Assembly: GCA_913057675.1 (NCBI GenBank)
Contig: CAJXOL010000001.1
Location: 1-54,367 of the forward strand
Reading direction: 5' to 3'
Length of the DNA: 54,367 nucleotides
From: an uncultured Pseudomonadota bacterium
GTDB lineage: Bacteria; Pseudomonadota; Gammaproteobacteria; Burkholderiales; Eutrophovitaceae
The position numbers and the translations under genes are program-made. Below, one piece after another: positions 10,207-20,035 of this stretch (position 1 is the stretch's first letter; the number at the start of each line of letters is the position of its first letter). The notes under the pieces were generated by a model. The model did not search any database. It was given only the letters and a program-made list of their open reading frames with translations, and was not told the DNA's origin.

Positions 10207-11091
10207 TTAAGATCCCATCGTCCCTGCCCAATGCAGCTTCTCACGAAGTGTGCCAAAGTACTCGTGCCCCTCGGGATGAACCAAGCGAACCTTAGATTCC
10301 GCCACTTGAATCAACAGGCGTCCGCCCTCCCGGATGTTCAAATGGGTGTGACTGTCTACGTGCGCGCGCGCGTCGACAGCCTCCATGATTTCAATCTCAA
10401 TTTTTGAACTCCCAGGGACGACAATAGGTCGATTTGAAAGTGAATGGGGGCACACTGGAACCAGCAAGACACAGTCCATTGATGGCGCAATGATAGGGCC
10501 TCCCGCGGAAAGGGCATAAGCCGTAGACCCCGTCGGGGTTGACACCACCAGCCCATCGGACCGAAGGTTATATGCGAATTCCCCATCAATAGTAACCTTC
10601 ATTTGAATAAGTGTGCCGCTCTGACCCTTACCCACTGAAATGTCATTGAGAGCCCAAACACCAGCTCCAAGCTCATTATCAACACTAACTTCAAGCATGA
10701 CTCGCTCATCTATAACATATTCACCTTGCAGAACTGCACGCAAGCTAGCGACCATTTTATTTAGCGATATATCGGCCAAAAACCCCAGTCGCCCCAAATT
10801 GATCCCCAGGAGGGGCACGTTATGCGTAGCAACAGTTCGCGCAAGACCCAGTAACGTCCCGTCCCCACCCAAAACCACGACGAGATCACTGCGACTAACC
10901 ACGTCGTCCATGGGTCCTGAGTCGACCTTAACTCCAGATAATTGCTCGGCAGTCAATTCATCAACCAAGCAATGAACCCCCTCCCCCTGAAGGAAATTGA
11001 TAACCTGTGACACAGGACGCGAGACCTCCGGGCTTTTATACTTACCAACTATACAAACTCGATTAAATTTATTCATATTTACGTTATACAC
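10207..11091 (-). CDS. nadK: NAD kinase
   Basis: 294 aa with GGDGT motif (VVLGGDGTLLG) and NAD-kinase C-terminal domain. The start may instead be the internal MNKFNRV (11076). Confidence 0.9.
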   Translation of the reverse strand: MYNVNMNKFNRVCIVGKYKSPEVSRPVSQVINFLQGEGVHCLVDELTAEQLSGVKVDSGPMDDVVSRSDLVVVLGGDGTLLGLARTVATHNVPLLGINLGRLGFLADISLNKMVASLRAVLQGEYVIDERVMLEVSVDNELGAGVWALNDISVGKGQSGTLIQMKVTIDGEFAYNLRSDGLVVSTPTGSTAYALSAGGPIIAPSMDCVLLVPVCPHSLSNRPIVVPGSSKIEIEIMEAVDARAHVDSHTHLNIREGGRLLIQVAESKVRLVHPEGHEYFGTLREKLHWAGTMGS

Positions 11092-11173
11092 GAGAGATGA
11101 ATTGCAACGTCAAAAATACTAAACCATAAAAAAATATAAAGCTCAGACAAAAACTTTGTAGAATGAAGCCATA

Positions 11174-12187
11174 ATGAATGAGAGATCACGAATTTTACTG
11201 AAATCACTGATAGAAAAGCATATTTCTGATGGCCAACCCATTGGTTCACGGCAGCTCGCGAAATCGTCCGGACTAGAGCTCAGTCCCGCCAGCATCCGTA
11301 ACATCATGGCCGACCTTGAAGAAACAGGCTTCATCGCTAGCCCTCATGCCTCTGCTGGCAGAATTCCGACACCACGGGGTTATCGATTTTTTGTCGACTC
11401 ATTACTTACGGTGCAACCTTTGGATTCAATTGAACTTCACCAGATTGAAGACCAGTTTCGGCCAGACAGCGCCGACCGACTTATCACAACAGCATCTCAG
11501 TTGCTCTCAAACTTGACTCAATTTGCTGGCGTGGTCAAATCGCCTTCGAGGCACAGCACATCTTTTAGACGCATCGAATTTGTTTCACTGTCAGATAAGC
11601 GCATCTTGCTGATCGTAGTTACGCCCGATGGAGATGTTCAGAATAAGGTTCTAGAAGCATCACGTAAATTTTCAGATTCCGAACTCATAGAGGCAACTAA
11701 CTATCTAAATCAAAATTATGCAGGAATGTCTTTTGATGCCATTAAGTCACGTATTCAAACTGAATTAAAAAAACTCAAAGAAAATATATCTCAGTTGATG
11801 ACATTAGCGATATCAGCAGGAGAAGAAAACTCGTTCAAAGCTGAAGAATATATCGTCTCAGGTGAAAAGAACCTACTGAGCGTCAGTGACCTCTCTACAA
11901 ATATGGACAGTCTGAGAACGCTATTTGACATGTTTGATAAAAAAACCGGGATTCTCCAACTGCTCGATACCAGCGATCGAGCCAAAGGCATCCAAATTTA
12001 TATTGGCGGAGAATCTGGTTTAGTTCCATTAGACGAATGTAGTGTTGTAACGGCACCCTATGAAGTTGATGGGGAAGTTGTTGGCACTGTCGGCGTCATC
12101 GGACCGACCCGCATGGCCTATGAACGGGTTATTCCCATCGTAGACATCACCGCGAAGCTTCTATCAGGAGCTCTTTCTCAACCCTAA
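11174..12187 (+). CDS. hrcA: Heat-inducible transcription repressor HrcA
   Basis: 337 aa with an HrcA winged-helix N-terminus (RILLKSLIEKHISDGQPIGSRQLAK...SPASIRNIMADLEETGFI). Divergent from nadK-recN, as in beta and basal gamma proteobacteria. Confidence 0.93.
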   Translation: MNERSRILLKSLIEKHISDGQPIGSRQLAKSSGLELSPASIRNIMADLEETGFIASPHASAGRIPTPRGYRFFVDSLLTVQPLDSIELHQIEDQFRPDSADRLITTASQLLSNLTQFAGVVKSPSRHSTSFRRIEFVSLSDKRILLIVVTPDGDVQNKVLEASRKFSDSELIEATNYLNQNYAGMSFDAIKSRIQTELKKLKENISQLMTLAISAGEENSFKAEEYIVSGEKNLLSVSDLSTNMDSLRTLFDMFDKKTGILQLLDTSDRAKGIQIYIGGESGLVPLDECSVVTAPYEVDGEVVGTVGVIGPTRMAYERVIPIVDITAKLLSGALSQP

Positions 12188-12218
12188 ATTTTGATTCACA
12201 AGAAACCGAACAAACCAA

Positions 12219-13322
12219 ATGAAACTTCAAAAAGAACCGGAATACAGCCACGGATCACTTGCCAACATAGGCATCTTATTAGTAAATTTAGGAACTCCTG
12301 AGGCACCTACCAAACGAGCAGTTAAAGAGTACCTTGCTGAATTTTTGTGGGACCCAAGAGTTGTTGAAATCTCAAGGCCTATTTGGTGGCTAATCCTAAA
12401 TGGTATTATTTTGAGAACCAGGCCTAAAGCCTCCGCAAAAAAATATGCCACAATTTGGTCTGATCAAGGGTCCCCGTTAAGAATCTACACCGAAAAACAA
12501 GCAGATCTCCTTCAGTCAACATTTAATGGTGATACGTTTGCCAAAATTATTGTCAAATCTGCAATGAGTTACGGTAAACCATCTGTAGATGGTGAATTAA
12601 GCAAACTTAGAGCTGAAGGTTGCGACCGAATATTAGTCATTCCGCTTTACCCTCAATACAATTCAAGCACTACGGGCAGCATCTTTAACGCGGTTTTTAA
12701 TAGTCTAAAAAAGGTCCGGAACCTACCGAGCATGCGCTTATTGAAAAACTTCCACGATCACAAAGGTTATATCGAGGCGCTATCCCAACGCATACAGCAG
12801 TACTGGACGGTTCATGGCAAACCGGAAAAATTAGTACTCTCTTACCACGGCGTGCCAAAATTCAGCCTGACCAAAGGTGACCCCTATCATTGCGAGTGCT
12901 ACAAATCCAGTCGACTTCTCGCCGAGCGATTAGATTTTGAGCCTGAGAATGTTGTTACGACGTTTCAGTCGCGATTCGGCAGAGCTGAATGGCTGAAGCC
13001 TTACACCATAGAGGTCATGAAGGATTTGGGCAAACAAAAATTACGCCGAATTGACGTTTTTTGTCCAGGATTCGTTGCGGACTGCCTAGAGACCCTTGAA
13101 GAAATCAATATGGAAAACAGAGAGGAATATCTGACTCATGGCGGCGGGGAATTTCACTATATTCCTTGCTTAAATGATAGCGCCAGCTGGATTAAGGGCT
13201 TGCATCAAATAGCCGTTGATAATCTGGGCGGCTGGCTATCCAAGAATAAAACCCTCCTAGAAGCTAAAAACGAAGCGGACCTAAGTCGATCCGAAGCCAT
13301 TAACAGAGGAGCAACAGATTAA
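12219..13322 (+). CDS. hemH: Ferrochelatase
   Basis: 367 aa with GILLVNLGTPEAPT N-terminus and PLYPQYNSSTTGS motif. Confidence 0.92.
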   Translation: MKLQKEPEYSHGSLANIGILLVNLGTPEAPTKRAVKEYLAEFLWDPRVVEISRPIWWLILNGIILRTRPKASAKKYATIWSDQGSPLRIYTEKQADLLQSTFNGDTFAKIIVKSAMSYGKPSVDGELSKLRAEGCDRILVIPLYPQYNSSTTGSIFNAVFNSLKKVRNLPSMRLLKNFHDHKGYIEALSQRIQQYWTVHGKPEKLVLSYHGVPKFSLTKGDPYHCECYKSSRLLAERLDFEPENVVTTFQSRFGRAEWLKPYTIEVMKDLGKQKLRRIDVFCPGFVADCLETLEEINMENREEYLTHGGGEFHYIPCLNDSASWIKGLHQIAVDNLGGWLSKNKTLLEAKNEADLSRSEAINRGATD

Positions 13323-13347
13323 TTAAAGTTCCAGAGTTACGAATGAA

Positions 13348-13938
13348 TCACATCAAATTCAACCCGGATCGACGGCCATAGTTCGTTCGAATTTCATAAT
13401 CAGCTTTTAATTTTCGATACTTCTCTTTAATGTTGTACACGATTGCTCCGATCATCACCTCTAACTCCTCGCAACTCTTTTGAGGTGTTACCTTGAGGAC
13501 TCTCTCCTCAATTTCTGAGGCGGCCTGCAGAGCGAGGTCAGCGTGATACTCCTGAATTTTTATCAACGCATTCTCAAATGAGGCCCATCGGTCAATTAAC
13601 GCCAGGCTGGCTGGTTTTTGATCTCTCCACACGGGCTTCGTATGCGTAATCCCCAACGAAATTCCGATAGATTCGACAGTGCACTCAACATTCGACTCTT
13701 TTTGTTTGAACCGCCACTGCAAATCCCATTTCGTTTTCGCCGGATGGCGCTGCCCGTCTTGCCCCACGGGGCCTTTAGAGTCCATTTCAGCAGTTAAAAT
13801 AAGTGCGGATTGCCCTGTAATACTATAAGAACTTGCCCCAACATGGACCGAAGTCGCTGACAATGCTGGGTTGAACAGACCAAAACAAAAAACGAGCAGT
13901 ATCGATGTAAAAACCCTAAAACTAAACATTTGCCGCAT
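13348..13938 (-). CDS. Secreted hypothetical protein, DUF922-like (family predicted to be Zn-dependent proteases)
   Basis: 196 aa with a signal peptide (FTSILLVFCFGLFNPALSA). The overall pattern, as I recall it for DUF922, is Y.I.G.S...L...M...GP....A.T.W...W.F......C.V....I.L.I....P.W, followed by a helical region and a C-terminal YE.RTNYG...G. Antisense to both neighbours. Confidence 0.55.
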   Translation of the reverse strand: MRQMFSFRVFTSILLVFCFGLFNPALSATSVHVGASSYSITGQSALILTAEMDSKGPVGQDGQRHPAKTKWDLQWRFKQKESNVECTVESIGISLGITHTKPVWRDQKPASLALIDRWASFENALIKIQEYHADLALQAASEIEERVLKVTPQKSCEELEVMIGAIVYNIKEKYRKLKADYEIRTNYGRRSGLNLM

Positions 13939-14013
13939 ATTTTCCCCATTAGGTATTAACCAGCTAAGCCTCTAGATTAGCAGAATAAAGATCAATATTT
14001 CCTTAACGCAACA

Positions 14014-14040
14014 CTTGAAATTGAAAAATTCGCCCTCAAT
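14014..14040 (+). promoter_or_regulatory. Candidate sigma-32 (RpoH) promoter of grpE
   Basis: CTTGAAA (14014-14020), N12, CCCTCAAT (14033-14040), compared with consensus CTTGAAA-N13-15-CCCCATNT. Ends 34 nt upstream of the grpE ATG. Confidence 0.5.
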
Positions 14041-14073
14041 TAATCGACTTAGATATCTTGGAGCACTTGTGTA

Positions 14074-14661
14074 ATGTCTGAAAAGAAAATTGATGAACCA
14101 ATTGAAAGCCAAAAGCCCGAAGAACCAATAGCGGATGCCAAACTGAATCCAGAGATCAGAGAGACTCCTGAAGCCTTCCCCGCTCAAGATCCAGAATCAT
14201 CAGAAAACTTAGCAGAGCAACTCCAACAAGCTATTGCTGAAGCTGAAAAGCACAAAGACGCGTGGTTGCGAGCAACAGCAGAGTTAGACAACGTTCGCAA
14301 ACGAACGCAGATAGATGTTGCTGCAGCCCACAAATACGCATTAGAGCGTTTCTCTTCGGAACTGCTTGTTGTTAAGGATAGTCTTGAGGCAGCGTTACAA
14401 ACTGACAACGTGACGCTTGACGCCATCAATGATGGTGTCGACTTAACCTTAAAGCAGTTAACAAAAGTCTTTGAATCCTTTGGCATTAAAGAAATTACCC
14501 CTCTCGGAGAAACTCTGGACCCACATAAACATCAAGCGATGACCACTGTGGATTCTGATGAGGCTGCGAATACCATTCTCAGCGTTTTTCAAAAAGGATA
14601 TCTTCTTAACGACCGCTTGATTAGACCAGCTTTGGTCAGCGTAGCAAAACCCAAGGAGTAG
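14074..14661 (+). CDS. grpE: Nucleotide exchange factor GrpE
   Basis: 195 aa with an acidic N-terminus and GrpE core (KDAWLRATAELDNVRKRT...FQKGYLLNDRLIRPALVSV). Confidence 0.93.
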   Translation: MSEKKIDEPIESQKPEEPIADAKLNPEIRETPEAFPAQDPESSENLAEQLQQAIAEAEKHKDAWLRATAELDNVRKRTQIDVAAAHKYALERFSSELLVVKDSLEAALQTDNVTLDAINDGVDLTLKQLTKVFESFGIKEITPLGETLDPHKHQAMTTVDSDEAANTILSVFQKGYLLNDRLIRPALVSVAKPKE

Positions 14662-14667
14662 AAGGGG

Positions 14668-14694
14668 TTGAAAAGCAGTTAATCGACCCAACTT
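14668..14694 (+). promoter_or_regulatory. Candidate sigma-32 (RpoH) promoter of dnaK
   Basis: TTGAAA (14668-14673), N13, CCCAACTT (14687-14694), located in the 69-nt grpE-dnaK spacer. Confidence 0.5.
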
Positions 14695-14730
14695 AATAAC
14701 AGACATTTATAGAATCGAGGATTACAGACT

Positions 14731-16653
14731 ATGGGCAGAATCATTGGTATTGATTTAGGAACCACAAACTCCTGCGTAGCAGTTATGGATGGCGGTGAAG
14801 CGAAGGTACTTGAAAATGCCGAAGGTGGACGCACTACACCCTCCATTATTGCCTACACGGAAGATGGTGAAGTCCTTGTGGGTGCGCCTGCAAAAAGACA
14901 GGCGGTTACCAACCCCAAAAATACATTGTATGCAGTCAAGCGACTGATTGGCCGCCGGTTCCAAGATGAGGAGGTTGCAAAGGCAAAAGAAAACTCTCCA
15001 TTCTCGATCGTCGGTGCTAAAAATGGTGATGCTTGGGTAGAAGTACGAGGAAAGCAAAGTGCGCCTCCAGAAATCTCAGCCCAAGTGCTCATAAAAATGA
15101 AAAAAACGGCCGAGGACTATCTAGGCGAAGAAGTCACCGAAGCCGTCATTACAGTCCCTGCATACTTTAACGACTCACAGCGTCAAGCTACCAAGGACGC
15201 TGGGAAAATTGCCGGATTAGAAGTGAAGCGGATTATCAATGAGCCGACTGCTGCTGCACTCGCCTTCGGAATGGACAAGAAGCAAGGGGACCGAAAAATT
15301 GCTATTTACGATTTAGGTGGTGGAACTTTCGATGTTTCAATTATCGAAATCGCTGAAGTCGATGGAGAACATCAATTTGAGGTGCTCTCCACAAATGGAG
15401 ATACATTCTTGGGAGGTGAAGATTTCGACCAGCGAATCATAGATTATCTTGCGGACGAATTTAAGAAAGATCAGGGGGTCAATCTTCGCGGTGATGTCTT
15501 AGCATTACAGCGACTAAAGGAAGCAGCAGAAAAAGCTAAAATCGAGCTATCCTCCAGTCAACAAACCGATGTGAATTTACCTTACATCACTGCTGATGCG
15601 TCAGGGCCTAAACATCTGAACGTTAAAATAACGCGTGCCAAACTCGAGAGTTTAGTGGAAGACTTAATCAACAGAACAATTGAGCCTTGTCGCGTCGCAA
15701 TCAAAGATTCAGGCGTTAAAACGTCTGATATCGACGACATAATCCTTGTTGGCGGCATGACAAGAATGCCTAAAGTTCAAGAAACAGTTAAAGACTTCTT
15801 CAATAAAGAACCACGCAAAGACGTCAATCCCGATGAGGCTGTTGCGGTGGGTGCCGCAATCCAAGGTGGTGTTTTACGAGGGGATGTTAAGGATGTCTTA
15901 TTGCTCGACGTAACACCGCTATCACTTGGAATCGAGACTTTAGGTGGCGTGATGACAAAGCTTATCCAAAAGAACACGACCATACCCACGAAAGCAAACC
16001 AAGCATTCTCTACAGCTGAGGACAATCAAACCGCTGTCACAATCCACGTCCTTCAAGGAGAACGTGAAATGTCGAAAGATAATAAGTCTTTAGGCCAATT
16101 TAATTTGACCGATATCCCAGCAGCCGGGCGGGGGATGCCTCAAATTGAGGTCAATTTCGATATTGATGCCAACGGCATATTACATGTCTCTGCCAAAGAT
16201 AAAGCAACGGGAAAAGAAAATAAGATCACCATCAAAGCGAACTCCGGTCTATCCGATGAGGAAGTCGAAAAAATGGTGAAAGACGCAGAAGCTCATGCGG
16301 AAGAAGACCAGAAAGCCAGAGAATTAGTCGACGTCAGAAATCAGTGCGACTCTCTGATACACGGTGTTCGCAAAACACTCAACGAAAGTGCAGACAAGGT
16401 TTCAGAAGAGGAAAAAACAAAGATTGAGGAAGCAGCAAAGGATGCTGAAGAGGCATTGAAGAATGGCGATAAAGACGATATCGAAGCCAAATCGCAAGTG
16501 TTATCTGGGTTAGCTCAATCCTTAGCAGAAAAAATGTATGCGGATCAGGCTGAATCTCCAACTGGTGATGATCAAGGAGGCAACCAGGACAAAGATGGCG
16601 ATGTTGTCGACGCGGAATTTGAAGAAGTTCAAGATGATAAGAAAACATCGTAA
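14731..16653 (+). CDS. dnaK: Molecular chaperone DnaK (Hsp70)
   Basis: 640 aa with [23 protein letters not shown] and the other Hsp70 signatures. Confidence 0.98.
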   Translation: MGRIIGIDLGTTNSCVAVMDGGEAKVLENAEGGRTTPSIIAYTEDGEVLVGAPAKRQAVTNPKNTLYAVKRLIGRRFQDEEVAKAKENSPFSIVGAKNGDAWVEVRGKQSAPPEISAQVLIKMKKTAEDYLGEEVTEAVITVPAYFNDSQRQATKDAGKIAGLEVKRIINEPTAAALAFGMDKKQGDRKIAIYDLGGGTFDVSIIEIAEVDGEHQFEVLSTNGDTFLGGEDFDQRIIDYLADEFKKDQGVNLRGDVLALQRLKEAAEKAKIELSSSQQTDVNLPYITADASGPKHLNVKITRAKLESLVEDLINRTIEPCRVAIKDSGVKTSDIDDIILVGGMTRMPKVQETVKDFFNKEPRKDVNPDEAVAVGAAIQGGVLRGDVKDVLLLDVTPLSLGIETLGGVMTKLIQKNTTIPTKANQAFSTAEDNQTAVTIHVLQGEREMSKDNKSLGQFNLTDIPAAGRGMPQIEVNFDIDANGILHVSAKDKATGKENKITIKANSGLSDEEVEKMVKDAEAHAEEDQKARELVDVRNQCDSLIHGVRKTLNESADKVSEEEKTKIEEAAKDAEEALKNGDKDDIEAKSQVLSGLAQSLAEKMYADQAESPTGDDQGGNQDKDGDVVDAEFEEVQDDKKTS

Positions 16654-16681
16654 CTGTAAATTTAACAGCATGCAGTAACCC

Positions 16682-16722
16682 AATGGTCGAGAAGATATTT
16701 ATCTCGACCATTTTTGCTTTTT
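16682..16722 (+). terminator. Rho-independent terminator/attenuator between dnaK and dnaJ
   Basis: Perfect 10-bp stem AATGGTCGAG (16682-16691) / CTCGACCATT (16703-16712) with an 11-nt loop, running into TTTTTGCTTTTTT (to 16722). Confidence 0.75.
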
Positions 16723-16749
16723 TAAAGACTACTCAGCACAAAATTTTAT

Positions 16750-17871
16750 ATGGCCAAACGAGATTATTACGAAATACTTGGAGCAAATCGGGAAGCAAAT
16801 GATAGTGACCTCAAGAAGATCTATCGACGGCTTGCCATGAAATACCATCCCGATAAAAATCCAGACAACCCGAAAGCCGAGGAACAGTTTAAGGAAGTCA
16901 AAGAAGCCTATGAGGTCTTATCAGACCCTGAGAAGAGAGCGGCCTATGATCAATACGGTCACGCAGGTGTAGATGGGTCTGCTGGCATGGGTGGGGGGCA
17001 GGGCTTCGGAGGATTCTCCGACTCATTCGGTGATATTTTCGGGGACGTCTTTGGTGGTGGTCGCGGAGGCAGGCGCTCGAATGTTTATCGCGGATCAGAC
17101 TTAAAATACAATCTTGAAGTTTCACTTGAAGAAGCTGCACGGGGTACAGAAACAAAAATTAGAATCCCTTCTTACAAGGAATGTAGTCCCTGTAAGGGGA
17201 ACGGCGCAAAACCAGGAACATCGCCGACCACCTGCCCCACATGTCAAGGTCAAGGCCAGGTTCGAGTTACTCAGGGATTCTTTTCCATCGCTCAGACATG
17301 CCCCGATTGCCAAGGATCTGGGAAAGTCATTGGGACACCATGCGGTGATTGTGGTGGGCAAGGGCGAGTTAGAGACAATAAAACACTATCAGTGAAAATC
17401 CCTGCAGGAGTGGACCAGGGCGACCGCATACGGCTATCAGGTGAGGGTGAAGCGGGCGTTAACGGAGGACCTTCAGGGGATCTTTATGTGGTCATCAACA
17501 CGCTGGCGCACGAAGTCTTCACGCGCGATGGGAATAATCTTCACTGCGAGATGCCGATCAGTTTTACTACCGCGGCTTTAGGGGGGGAAATTCAAGTTCC
17601 CACGCTTGATGGTTCTGCAAAAATAAAAATTCCATCTGAAGCGCAAACGGGTAAGACTTTTAGGCTCCGAGGCAAAGGCATCAAAGGAGTTCGCAGCAGC
17701 GGGTACGGCGACCTGATGTGTCACGTCTTTGTTGAAACTCCGGTCAACTTAACGGACAGGCAGAAGGAACTACTCGCTGATCTTGAGGAAATAAATCAAT
17801 CCAACTCTCATTTACACAGCCCAAAAGCAAAATCATGGATGGAGAAAGTAAAAAGTTTTTTTGATGGTTAA
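16750..17871 (+). CDS. dnaJ: Co-chaperone DnaJ (Hsp40)
   Basis: 373 aa with a J domain containing HPD (KYHPDKNP) and a G/F-rich linker. Four CxxCxGxG repeats are present ([32 protein letters not shown]). Confidence 0.97.
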   Translation: MAKRDYYEILGANREANDSDLKKIYRRLAMKYHPDKNPDNPKAEEQFKEVKEAYEVLSDPEKRAAYDQYGHAGVDGSAGMGGGQGFGGFSDSFGDIFGDVFGGGRGGRRSNVYRGSDLKYNLEVSLEEAARGTETKIRIPSYKECSPCKGNGAKPGTSPTTCPTCQGQGQVRVTQGFFSIAQTCPDCQGSGKVIGTPCGDCGGQGRVRDNKTLSVKIPAGVDQGDRIRLSGEGEAGVNGGPSGDLYVVINTLAHEVFTRDGNNLHCEMPISFTTAALGGEIQVPTLDGSAKIKIPSEAQTGKTFRLRGKGIKGVRSSGYGDLMCHVFVETPVNLTDRQKELLADLEEINQSNSHLHSPKAKSWMEKVKSFFDG

Positions 17872-19241
17872 TGTCTTCGCCAAGTGGTTATTCCAGAAGC
17901 ATCTTCTAGAATAACCCCAGCTTTTAGAAGGTGATCCCTTAATTCATCAGCCTCGTCAAAATTTTTGTTTTTTCGAGCCTCGTTTCTTTGCTTGATCATG
18001 GCGTCAATCTCAACGGTTGATATCTCCGCTCCAGCTCCAGCCTGAAGAAATTCAGATGGTTCACGCGCCAGGAGACCTAAAATTCCCGCCAAACCCTTCA
18101 AAAGGGCTGCGGTAACGACATTCCGTTCTCGATTCAAGTCACTCGCCAAGTCAAATAGCACTGACATGGCCTCAGGAGTATTGAGGTCATCATCTAGCGC
18201 CTCTCTAAATTTCTTAGCTCGATAATCGCCCCAATTAACCTCATGGGAGTCATAATCAAGAGTAATATCCTTCAAAGAGGTATAGAGCCGAGTCAAGCCC
18301 GACTTGGCATCATCCAAGTGGGTATCAGAATAATTTAATGGGCTTCGGTAATGCGCTCGAAGAATGAAAAATCGAATCACTTCTGCATCATACTTACTTA
18401 GTATCTCCCGAACGGTAAAAAAATTACCCAATGATTTAGACATTTTCTGATCGTCGACACGAACAAATCCGTTATGCATCCAGTAATTCACGAACTCGTG
18501 ATCATGCGCTCCCTCCGACTGAGCAATTTCATTTTCATGATGGGGAAATTGAAGATCCTGCCCTCCACCATGAATATCGAAGTGCGCACCTAAATATCTC
18601 TCACTCATTGCTGAGCACTCAATGTGCCAACCTGGCCTCCCTTCACCCCAAGGAGAGATCCAAGATGGCTCTCCTGGTTTCGCTGCTTTCCAGAGCACAA
18701 AATCCATAGGATGCCTCTTATCGAGATTAACATCGACTCGTTCGCCCGCTCGAAGATCCTCTAGTGATTTCCCCGACAACCTCCCGTAGCCTTTAAATTT
18801 ATTAACCGAATAATAAACATCCCCATTAGAACCCGCATATGCAAGTCCTTTTTCGAATAAACGCTCAATCAGCACTATCATACCTGGGATGTTATCCGAA
18901 GCTTTCGGTTCAAAATCCGGCAAAGAGACGCCAAGTGCGGCTGCATCATCATTCATAGCTCGAATATAACGCTGCGTCAAATCTAAGAAAGTCTCTTGGT
19001 TCTCATTCGCCCTATTAATGATCTTGTCATCGATATCAGTGATATTCCGAACGTAAACAACATCGTACCCCGATGAGCGAAGCCAACTTCGAACCATATC
19101 GAAAATAACCATGACCCGCGCATGACCCAAATGACAGAAGTCGTAAACCGTCATTCCGCAGACGTACATACGTACCGAGTTTTCTCTAATTGACTTAAAA
19201 ACTTCTTTATTACGAGTCAGGGTATTATAAATTTTCAACAT
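17868..19241 (-). CDS. cysS: Cysteine--tRNA ligase
   Basis: 457 aa with class-I motifs HLGHAR (HIGH) and KMSKSLGN (KMSKS). Confidence 0.96.
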   Translation of the reverse strand: MLKIYNTLTRNKEVFKSIRENSVRMYVCGMTVYDFCHLGHARVMVIFDMVRSWLRSSGYDVVYVRNITDIDDKIINRANENQETFLDLTQRYIRAMNDDAAALGVSLPDFEPKASDNIPGMIVLIERLFEKGLAYAGSNGDVYYSVNKFKGYGRLSGKSLEDLRAGERVDVNLDKRHPMDFVLWKAAKPGEPSWISPWGEGRPGWHIECSAMSERYLGAHFDIHGGGQDLQFPHHENEIAQSEGAHDHEFVNYWMHNGFVRVDDQKMSKSLGNFFTVREILSKYDAEVIRFFILRAHYRSPLNYSDTHLDDAKSGLTRLYTSLKDITLDYDSHEVNWGDYRAKKFREALDDDLNTPEAMSVLFDLASDLNRERNVVTAALLKGLAGILGLLAREPSEFLQAGAGAEISTVEIDAMIKQRNEARKNKNFDEADELRDHLLKAGVILEDASGITTWRRH

Positions 19242-19506
19242 ATTGCGTTATTAAGTAACGTACTAAAACTACAAAAAAATTCAATTAGGCTTATGCTAAG
19301 AGTCTACTTGATAGTTAGGTGAAGTATAGCAGAGGACCTCTTTTTAACTTCGAAAATTCCGCCAGATTGTGGCTCATATGGACTACACAACAATATTTCT
19401 GATATCGTTACATTGGCTACTTAATTAAACTCACAAGGTTTTAAAGTGTCCTACCAATTCAAGAATTTTACAACACACATTTACACCAAATTACAGAGAG
19501 AAATTA

Positions 19507-20007
19507 ATGGCCACACAAGTAAAAGTAAAAACCTCAATGGGCGACATAGTCATTGAGCTAAATGAAGAAAAGGCACCAAAAACAGTAGAGAACTTTCTAC
19601 ACTACGTCGATTCCGGCTTCTACGACGCCACAATATTTCATCGAGTTATTGATGGTTTCATGATTCAAGGTGGCGGTATGGACTCGAACATGAAAGAAAA
19701 GGAGACTCGGGCCTCCATAGAAAATGAAGCAAGCAATGGCTTAAAGAATGACGCTTATACCCTTGCGATGGCTCGAACTAACGATGTTCACTCCGCCACC
19801 TCACAGTTCTTTATTAACGTATCAAATAACGATTTTCTTAACTTCTCTGCCGAAACGCCCCAAGGATACGGCTACTGTGTGTTTGCTAAGGTCGTGGAAG
19901 GAGAGCCAGTAGTCGATAAAATTAAAGCCGTCTCAACAGGCACCAGTGGATTTCATCAAGATGTGCCTAGTGAGACCGTCAGCATAGAAAATGTATCGCG
20001 GATCTGA
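19507..20007 (+). CDS. ppiB: Cytoplasmic cyclophilin-type peptidyl-prolyl cis-trans isomerase
   Basis: 166 aa without a signal peptide. Cyclophilin motifs KTVENFL and [14 protein letters not shown] are present. Confidence 0.9.
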   Translation: MATQVKVKTSMGDIVIELNEEKAPKTVENFLHYVDSGFYDATIFHRVIDGFMIQGGGMDSNMKEKETRASIENEASNGLKNDAYTLAMARTNDVHSATSQFFINVSNNDFLNFSAETPQGYGYCVFAKVVEGEPVVDKIKAVSTGTSGFHQDVPSETVSIENVSRI

Positions 20008-20035
20008 CGGAATGCGACACATCCTGCAAAAATAA

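Noticed and set aside
10188-10256. Apparent 50-nt overlap between recN and nadK
   Set aside because: This is an artefact of the longest-ORF call. The conserved RecN N-terminus starts at the ATG at 10187, leaving a normal 19-nt spacer.
14055-14070. AGCACT core resembling half of a CIRCE operator just upstream of grpE
   Set aside because: There is no matching GAGTGCTAA half-site at the required 9-nt spacing. A single 6-mer match is not meaningful.
19242-19506. Tested whether the 265-nt gap could be 6S RNA, 4.5S/SRP RNA or another known sRNA
   Set aside because: There is no long closing helix and no SRP GGAAG/AGCA motif. It is AT-rich with only weak local stems. It is kept as a low-interest unexplained gap rather than called an RNA gene.
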